Positions 60,101 to 64,000 of a DNA stretch of 64,000 bases are shown in pieces. The notes under the pieces are model-generated. The model was not told the origin of the DNA and made no database searches. It saw only the letters and a program-made list of their open reading frames with translations. The stretch spans positions 1 to 64,000 of the forward strand of contig CAVWHO010000015.1 of the NCBI GenBank assembly GCA_963754875.1, read 5' to 3'. The number at the start of each line of letters is the position of its first letter. Position 1 is the stretch's first letter. The position numbers were made by a program, and so were the translations under genes. This stretch comes from Nitrospirota bacterium (GTDB lineage: Bacteria > Nitrospirota > UBA9217).

Positions 60101-62220
60101 CAAGAAGATATCGTCGGCCGCTGCTGCAGAAGTGGACTGCCATCGGCAGGGCGTCCGAGTTAAAGAAAAAATTGACCGCAAGAGATGCAATCGAGCGCGC
60201 GAATAAGCTATTCGAAAAAGGTCAGGACAATGATGCGGTGACTGAAATTATGAAGGGGATTTCTCATTCCCCCGAGGAAGCGACTCTCTTTTATTTTCTT
60301 GCTGGAATGTTGATTGAGGCAAAGCGTTACCCGGACGCCCTCGATGCGCTTAAGGGCCTGCCTGAAGCGGCCCAGCGCAACAGAAAAGGTCTTGAGTTGA
60401 CCGGCTATGCCCAAGAGGGTATGGGTCGAGATGTTGAGGCCGAGGCGACGGCCGATCTACTCCTAGCTCTCTATGCGGAATCCGCAGCAGCAATGAATCT
60501 TAAGGGGGTACTTTCCTATAAGCGAGGAGATAAAGACGGCGCTGCTGTTTTCTTTCAACGGGCCAGAGCGCTGGACCCGGGCTATGGCGAGCCATTAATC
60601 AATCTCGGCATTTTGCATTGGGCCGCGGACCAACGGAGTGAAGCCGTGCAGCTCCTGGAAAAGGGATTTATTCTGTCCCCCCTGGCCCAAGATAATGTAT
60701 CCGCATATTATAATGCCGTGTCCGCCCTACAAGACTGGGACAGGGCCGCGCTGGTCTTCAAGGAGGCTGCGTCTCTCCATCCTTGGAACAGGAGACTCGC
60801 TTTTTTCCTCATAGAGCTCCTGCTCCAGCAGGGCGATCTCAAGGAGGCAGCGCGGGAGATTGAGGACGGAATAATTGCATTCGGCAATGGCGACGGGCTA
60901 CTGGATTCTGCCCTTGAGATCCGCGCGAAAGTCGGTCCGAAGCAAATCGACAGAGCCATTCGGAAAAAAGGAACGTTATCGGTCTGCATGATCGTCAAGA
61001 ATGAAGAACAGCACATGGCGCGTTGTCTGAGGAGTCTTGGACCGGTAGCGGATGAAATGATCGTCGTGGACACGGGGTCGACAGACAGGACAAAGGACAT
61101 AGCCCGCGCCTTTGGGGCAAAGGTTTATGATTTTGCCTGGACAAACGATTTTTCAGCGGCGAGAAACTTTTCTTTAGAGAAGGCGAGTGGGGATTGGGTC
61201 CTCGTCTACGATGCCGATGAGGTGTTGTCTCCCCTTGATTATTCCAATTTGTTCGACATCCTGCGAGCGGGGACGAAGCATAAGGCGGCGTATTCCCTGG
61301 TAACCCGGAACTATACCATGAACACCCCCCAGGGCTGGACCGCAAATAAAGGGCAATATCCCAAGGAAGAGGCTGGCAGCGGGTGGATGCCCACAGCCAA
61401 GGTGCGGCTTTTCGTGAATGACCCTCGTGTTCGTTTCGAAGGACCAGTTCATGAGGTGGTCGAACACTCACTGCTCAGAGCGGGCATACCGGTCAAAGCA
61501 TGCGCCGTCCCGGTCCATCATTACGGCAGGCTCAATGTGGAAAAGACCGCGGCCAAGGCGGAGGAGTACTATGTCCTGGGGAAGAAGAAGCTGGAAGAAA
61601 AAGGGGGCAGCCACCGCGCGCTTCGGGAACTCGCGATCCAGGCTGGTGAGCTCGGGAAATATGAAGAAGCGATCGAGCTATGGAAGCGGCTTATCGCTCA
61701 AGGCGCAAGGGGCGAAGATCTGACTCTCGCCCAATTCAATATGGGAAGTTATTACTTTGTTCTCGAGAACTATGAGGATGCCCTTGCGATGTCGAAAAAA
61801 GTTTTGGAACTCGACCCTACGATGAAAGAGAACATCATCGTCTATGCCTGCAGCGAGCTTTGCGTCGGCGACGTGAAAATGGCGATCCCGGCCCTCAAGA
61901 AAATCCCTGACGAGGGCGCGGACTATCCGCAGGCGATTGCCGCGCTTATGATAGCGCACCTATTGAACGGCGACAGAGACGACGGAATTGCCTGCATACG
62001 CAAGCTCCACGGCATCCAGGTAAACGTTCCTGAATATTTATATACTTTTGCAACGTATTTGATAAAAGCGGACAGAATCGAGTATGCGGTCATCCTGCTT
62101 GAAGCGGCGATCGAAACCGGCAATCTTCATCAAGATACCCATGCTCTCCTTGCGAAGTGTCGGCGCAGACTGGGTGCCGGTGATGCTTCAGCGCGCATGG
62201 TCATGCGACAGCATTCTTAA
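51190..62220 (+). CDS. Giant multi-domain glycosyltransferase/methyltransferase/TPR protein (~3680 aa)
   Basis: One uninterrupted 11-kb ORF. Motifs in order: SGNH-like, SAM-MTase, TPR, GT10, sugar O-MTase, GT-A, then 2x[GT2-TPR-GT2-TPR]. Confidence 0.9.
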   Translation: MIHCIGDSPVYVFTGVDTIGGNDILLDFKTYRLGPHTAYNAITKWDIIESFLKNSVKPSDSVMFCFGEIDCRVHLQKQSELQKRPLEDVVSECVQRYFAVFEKAKHYGHQLLAWNVPASSLNNVGYGEYSTYGNCKQRNEVISLFNKHLKRLCEKNGVIFISIFDKLVDDDGLTNPLYYMDSIHLSQRAMPLIQEVLRNHGIRLSPLQRDEGRQLDYLTTLAKSGTALEFRNIKSSAGSLRPQILQFLSRTFGLETFIETGTFMGDTTFIASDIFKTVHTIELSPELHQKAVKRFENRSHVHVHHGDSSSIFPEILGQNNQNVLFWLDGHYSEGITAKGDENTPIIQELKAIKNAQTKNAVILIDDLRMFDTTWDHIPLDSAARGYPMATSLCAAIQEIDPSYEFAVLGDVFMAYPKRDQQVISQVVAACTISRLYDGSNYELQEVLKAEAVIGAAQNEELSFLQCLYVHLIGSEEYGFGQHYRLWAALTQAANKKYDRACKELLIAINLGCEHWRVNWYLANDAYEAGFYSLADKSLEKAEQASPDFQEAIHLKQKIARDLSERRQENSFTRQDHLEIAVHLQRAGRTQAARDELQAILSGNASDKDVLYEYASCLIEAKQQEAASEQLQDILKRDPSYANAQNSLGVIAYQQGHLDKAMEYFGMALSQENLNHQALQNALILSKQLGISNEALCMLRDILVKFPNDSTLANIAQRFIDDQKNAKNRENTNYAANEQLSSMKKGNKSAAATGKPETGSSAAAASGITSGSDSPHSKTFIINMVYEHLSQQQMHTKHADSISIIWSAVPLEGCDVYAYVNASSFRGRIGGIQVLLMLEPVVVLPGEYSEVVWRNFDYVFTMCDALVGTHPRFVKIQYPRADWIVPAASTENLDGRRNNYPTESRANAICMINGNKHSFIESELYSKRMEAALWFHLHSDIPFEVYGRPPFALPNYRGALSPENKLPTLSHFRYSLCFENTNHREYSAGYITEKILDCLETRTIPIYLGAVNIEHYVPKECFIDMREFKSYSQLDANLRSMTSGEYLRFIDKIDDWVSRGGLRPYSIHRVYDKLASLLAGTALALEWQNGLVFNHATKQWHPVISPALWTWNDLANADPPVSVLPPRRAGQDSNDLTRQEKAHQLIDEFAEFKADAEENMKSNAASFYKTLLSVWPIHNIPQQQNVFVHPVWQKQLTALGELITQGLPENFLLHPICREMFVRIGWNKQQEHELSYIDQLSSKLRKKIYSLKESPIGSIPLDCKKLPLSVNTLGMIWYFARIHELLAKSPATVIELGGGFGSLARVFKSLGNPALTYTIIDLPEMLALQYFYLSATLGRDAVEAHVKPDERVVPGKINLFPVYGIEALNLSADLFVSTFALSETPRFMQEHVCGIKNFFNAPFVYITGQNVTERSELGWQPPQTIVQQARDSRQKVVVNRFHIGDNYELIASQLVHAGLNHPGTAARSLGARDGGNVVREDTQTTATPAQPNAKTVGLTVSKDRAMQLEATVRSFFKHCKDADQLRLKVLYTTSSNFHEAQYQQLKHEYPAVDFVRETSFKKDFLAVLSDFQYVLFMVDDNIFVRDFSLVHVTQSLGNNPDAIGFSLRLGKNTNYCYMLNRAQAVPPFQLLDYNMLKFNWTTGECDFGYPLELSSSLYRTASILPLLHQLDFKNPNTLEAALDLNKHRFAAGNQHLLCYATSVAFCNPINKVQTVYNNKSGVDTSYSPSLLAKLYSQGSRIDLVPFENFEPNSCHQEMNFRFATPSEEHAAAATGDRSAQSLVSIIILNYNGLEHIRPCLESIQRNTPERHEIIVVDNASTDGSKEELRSRRDITLVENQTNIGCPPARAQALTLATGDYVVFLDNDTIVTPRWLTTFLEHAKANPLIGIMGPRSNYVSGSQLVPNVPYKDIPGLEAFSLQLAAEHRDQLTRTRRLVGFCMFVRREVIDKIGNIDESFGKFGFEDDDYTWRAHIAGFTAVIANDVFIHHTGGPQGRGNQQYNQLLLQAWTVFRNKWELPANLAYGSPFDLSTILTRPFDPRKHYLPLVARSDIKAIVREASDRSRAAEKPSVASVAAKAIKKARELQEKDRLEDSIAALMDGIAQAPADKALYLSLAEILIEAKRYQDALDALNSLPEEGKNDIVALALRGYCHDGLGLFAEAHADADRVLARQPNSAMALNLKGVLAYKQGDRDGAERFFAAAVAAGPGYGEAYANLGVLKWSADRKEDGLPLLEKGFILSPTASELVSLYHTAIVSEGLFARAEKFFQEAKALHPNNKRIAFLLIDLLNKQEKHDLAMREIEQAMIRFGIDDGILAAALDVRGKVGPHHMIPSGKTEKTLSLCMIVKNEEHCLANCLANAKPIVHEMIVVDTGSNDRTKHIAHAFGAKVLDFEWTEDFSKARNFSLSKASGRWVLVLDADEVISPSDFAAVREIVDTADPSRTAYKIMTRNYSNEATEQGWRQNRGEYPDEEAATGWFPSEKVRIFVNDERIRFEAPVHELVEGSLQKAAIAIKPCTISVHHYGRLDAKKRATKGETYYLLGKKKMDEQGGDLKALLELGIQAGELGKYDEAVQLFKKLVDADPKYSKALFYLGYTYMVLGRHHDALPYCKEAYALDPGDREAAVKYAQCEIAVGDIALAVSLLEDMVRRSPDSIVAESQLAVAYCVIGESGKGIAILDRLREKNVDTASFVRDQAGILRSAGRVEDARRLLAVAVQANHASAKTQKLFEEGKTEDREKETIARPMTTKGLTSIIIAVQEGQEHVKQCIEALERNTPEEHEIVMVTSGANSVEIERLKRYSKKRRNYRVLDAGGAAGYAAYLNKGIAETSGEFIVLLSPKTLATENWLSGLRECIDSPSPAGVGIVGPMTNDKAGIQKVPRIDYEPHEGLEGFARDFRERNRHRRVSAKYVAGFCMLLRRDLVEKVGLFDENLGNSNSEDEDYCLRAALAGFKTIIAGDVFIHRGDEEDTRRYRRPLLQKWTAIGRASELKKKLTARDAIERANKLFEKGQDNDAVTEIMKGISHSPEEATLFYFLAGMLIEAKRYPDALDALKGLPEAAQRNRKGLELTGYAQEGMGRDVEAEATADLLLALYAESAAAMNLKGVLSYKRGDKDGAAVFFQRARALDPGYGEPLINLGILHWAADQRSEAVQLLEKGFILSPLAQDNVSAYYNAVSALQDWDRAALVFKEAASLHPWNRRLAFFLIELLLQQGDLKEAAREIEDGIIAFGNGDGLLDSALEIRAKVGPKQIDRAIRKKGTLSVCMIVKNEEQHMARCLRSLGPVADEMIVVDTGSTDRTKDIARAFGAKVYDFAWTNDFSAARNFSLEKASGDWVLVYDADEVLSPLDYSNLFDILRAGTKHKAAYSLVTRNYTMNTPQGWTANKGQYPKEEAGSGWMPTAKVRLFVNDPRVRFEGPVHEVVEHSLLRAGIPVKACAVPVHHYGRLNVEKTAAKAEEYYVLGKKKLEEKGGSHRALRELAIQAGELGKYEEAIELWKRLIAQGARGEDLTLAQFNMGSYYFVLENYEDALAMSKKVLELDPTMKENIIVYACSELCVGDVKMAIPALKKIPDEGADYPQAIAALMIAHLLNGDRDDGIACIRKLHGIQVNVPEYLYTFATYLIKADRIEYAVILLEAAIETGNLHQDTHALLAKCRRRLGAGDASARMVMRQHS

Positions 62221-62594
62221 ATTGCCGATCCCCGTAGACCTGCAGCAAGATTCAAATTTATATTGATGAGAATATTGAGCTTCTCGGATTCGGGATCAGC
62301 CATGACATCGAGAATTTGTTTGTCGATAAAAAGACTTAACGTTAAAATGTCTTTTCTGATCTGCAGCGGGAGCGGGTTGTCCTGCCGGGCAAGCTCTGAC
62401 TGAATGATGGTCCATATCTGCTGATTGAGACGCAATGCATCACTAAGCCTCTGGAAATGCCCTTCCTCTGCCCACCTGGCCTGGCAATCCTGAAGCTTCA
62501 TCGCCGCATTATTGAGGGCTGCTGCTTCGATGTCCCGTCCGGACATGGTTGATTTTTGAACATTCTTATAAACCTGCATTTGCGTTGCGTACAC
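62217..62594 (-). CDS. flaF: Flagellar biosynthesis regulator FlaF
   Basis: SGRDIEAAAL, ALRLNQQIW, NPLPLQIR..IL.LS.F, LININ.NLAAGL. GTG start after an AGGAGG RBS. Confidence 0.88.
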   Translation of the reverse strand: MYATQMQVYKNVQKSTMSGRDIEAAALNNAAMKLQDCQARWAEEGHFQRLSDALRLNQQIWTIIQSELARQDNPLPLQIRKDILTLSLFIDKQILDVMADPESEKLNILININLNLAAGLRGSAI

Positions 62595-62973
62595 GATTAA
62601 TAACCTCCTGCTCATATTCGATGAGCTTTCGAGCGGCCTTCATGGCCTGGTAATACTCATTCTGTAAGATATGCTGACTGATGAGAGCAATTAAACCCCT
62701 GGTACTTGGAGCGGCCTCTAATACTTCTTTTACCAATTGCCAGTACACCTTATGGTGTTTGGCCAGATGGCTTTCATCGACGTACATGAGTTGAATGGCA
62801 AAGTATATGCGGCGACACGGTGAATCCGCTTCCTTTGCACTCAGAATATCCTTCTCGCGAAGAATGGGAACGTTATTTTCTACAAGAAAATCGCTCCGGC
62901 TTTTCCCGTTCGTGATGACTGCCCCGCCGATAATCAGGCGTTCGTGCGGTTTTAAAACGATTTTTAGAGCCAT
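62566..62973 (-). CDS. flbT: Flagellar biosynthesis regulator FlbT
   Basis: MALKIVLKPHERLIIGGAVITNG, ILREKDIL...A.SP.RRIYF.IQLMY, YYQA.K..RKLIEYE. Confidence 0.92.
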   Translation of the reverse strand: MALKIVLKPHERLIIGGAVITNGKSRSDFLVENNVPILREKDILSAKEADSPCRRIYFAIQLMYVDESHLAKHHKVYWQLVKEVLEAAPSTRGLIALISQHILQNEYYQAMKAARKLIEYEQEVINRVRNANAGL

Positions 62974-63011
62974 AATAGTCTCGATCCCGTAAAAGCCGGA
63001 GTATTATATCC

Positions 63012-63473
63012 TTATACTTTTACATTAATGATGGTTCCGCTCTGGACATGGTCCGCTTTCTGCGTCAGTTGTGGACTGATCGCGTCTTTGTACTGCTTAA
63101 GGTCCACGAGTGCGGCAGCAACTTCCTGGTCCGTAGACTGGTCCGTCAGCTTGGTGGCCGTCAGCGTATCCTTCTGTGCAGGAGCGAGAGGTGACTTCTT
63201 TATCTCATCCTGAACTCCTTTGATCCCTTTGATCAAATCCAGGCGCTGCGGGCTTCCGATGGGGAAAAAGGGAGGAAAGCTGAACATGATCGTTTCCAGC
63301 TGGTCTTTAATATAATTGGTGTCGGCCAGATTGGTCAGCACTTGAGCGGTGGCCCCAGAAGACCTGGCGGCGTCTGAAGAACGATTCTGGACGGCGGCTG
63401 ATGTGCCGTTTTTCTTCGCCGTGCCTGCACCATCGGCCGACGCTGTTTGAAGGTTTATGCCGGTGACATCCAT
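63012..63473 (-). CDS. Hypothetical protein in the flagellin locus
   Basis: GGAGAG RBS, a low-complexity N-terminus, FPPFFPIG, and a C-terminal GTIINVKV like the G..ID/N..V tails of small flagellar-locus proteins. Confidence 0.65.
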   Translation of the reverse strand: MDVTGINLQTASADGAGTAKKNGTSAAVQNRSSDAARSSGATAQVLTNLADTNYIKDQLETIMFSFPPFFPIGSPQRLDLIKGIKGVQDEIKKSPLAPAQKDTLTATKLTDQSTDQEVAAALVDLKQYKDAISPQLTQKADHVQSGTIINVKV

Positions 63474-63504
63474 GACTCTCTCCTCTGGATTGGATAGATT
63501 TTAG

Positions 63505-63536
63505 AAAAAGACGGGAGGAGTTTCACCTCCCGCCTC
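63505..63536 (-). terminator. Intrinsic terminator after the flagellin gene
   Basis: The minus strand reads GAGGCGGGAGG-TGAAACT-CCTCCCGTC-TTTTT. Confidence 0.8.
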
Positions 63537-63553
63537 GATCCGTAATCCTAACG

Positions 63554-64000
63554 CTAGGCGAACAGCCTCAGGACCGACTGTGCTGCCTGTGAAGAGAGTG
63601 ACAATGCTGTCGTACCAAGAGACTGACGAGTTTGCAGCATCAGCATGTTGGCGCCTTCCTGGTTCGTATCAGCCAGCGTCAGGTTGTCCGAGCCCGTGGT
63701 GAGAACATTGGTCAGTTGTGTCGAAAAATCCTGACGTGTCTGGATGATGCTGAGGTTGTTGGACATTGATCCTGAATCGTTCTGCAAGGTCGTCAGAGCA
63801 TCATTCAGTTTGTTGATGTCCTTTGTCACCGCATCGTTACTCACCCACCCGTTCTGCGCCTCCGACAGCCCGAGTCCGCTGCTGGTAGCATCGAAGCCCT
63901 GCACGTTGAGGGAATGCCCCCCTCCGAAGTTCACGACGAGCGCGCTTGGTGACGCGGTGGTCAGGAGGTTAACACCCTGGAACGAGGAGTCCGCTGCCAT
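63554..64000 (-). CDS. fliC: Flagellin, C-terminal part (runs off the window)
   Basis: DSSFQGVNLL, NLSIIQTRQDF, LTLADTNQEGANMLMLQTRQSL...ALSL.SQAAQSVLRLF. Confidence 0.93.
   Translation of the reverse strand: MAADSSFQGVNLLTTASPSALVVNFGGGHSLNVQGFDATSSGLGLSEAQNGWVSNDAVTKDINKLNDALTTLQNDSGSMSNNLSIIQTRQDFSTQLTNVLTTGSDNLTLADTNQEGANMLMLQTRQSLGTTALSLSSQAAQSVLRLFA

Noticed and set aside
10134..62123. Long antisense and alternate-frame ORFs in the track (e.g. 16228-17022, 17359-18231, 37212-38033, 39022-39996, 46198-46986)
   Set aside because: They are shadows of well-supported genes on the opposite strand and have no recognisable motifs.
1..64000. CRISPR arrays, tRNA or rRNA genes
   Set aside because: I saw no regularly spaced repeat-spacer series, cloverleaf with a T-loop, or rRNA signature. 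This was by eye only.

Overview
The window looks like three unrelated DNA pieces joined together. (A) 1-~1020 is extremely GC-rich and holds a frameshifted cyclase/kynurenine formamidase gene and a GNAT gene cut off mid-domain. (B) ~1021-~10309 is GC-rich and full of single-base indels, with a Verrucomicrobia/Planctomycete-style operon tail (GATase-like membrane protein, DUF4175-like, DUF4159-like, UshA-like/tetraheme cytochrome c, thioredoxin). It also holds a PIN toxin-antitoxin cassette between two copies of a gene 3' end, and three families of palindromic REP/MITE-like elements. (C) ~10310-64000 has moderate GC and is mostly clean. Its gene content suggests Nitrospirota or a deltaproteobacterium-like organism (inference). 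It runs: 5'-truncated argG, argH, FN3 lipoprotein, lysA-dapF-dapA-dapB, DsbC with a CxxCH motif, FAH hydrolase, dapL, folK, deoxynucleoside kinase, peptide ABC permeases, and a hyaluronan-synthase-like GT2. Next is an AT-richer accessory island (decayed TA pair, internally deleted copA, cytochrome c, a sigma54-driven secreted protein, two very Met-rich exported proteins, a beta-barrel). Then come rsmA, gmhA, a candidate sigma54-dependent sRNA, an HDOD/GGDEF module, infA, an intact IS630 and lgt. A flagellar locus closes the window: FlhB-like, FliK-like, a sigma28-driven TPR-Ig protein, a 3684-aa multi-domain glycosyltransferase/methyltransferase protein, flaF, flbT and an alphaproteobacterial-type flagellin. 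All calls come from reading motifs by eye. No database searches were run.
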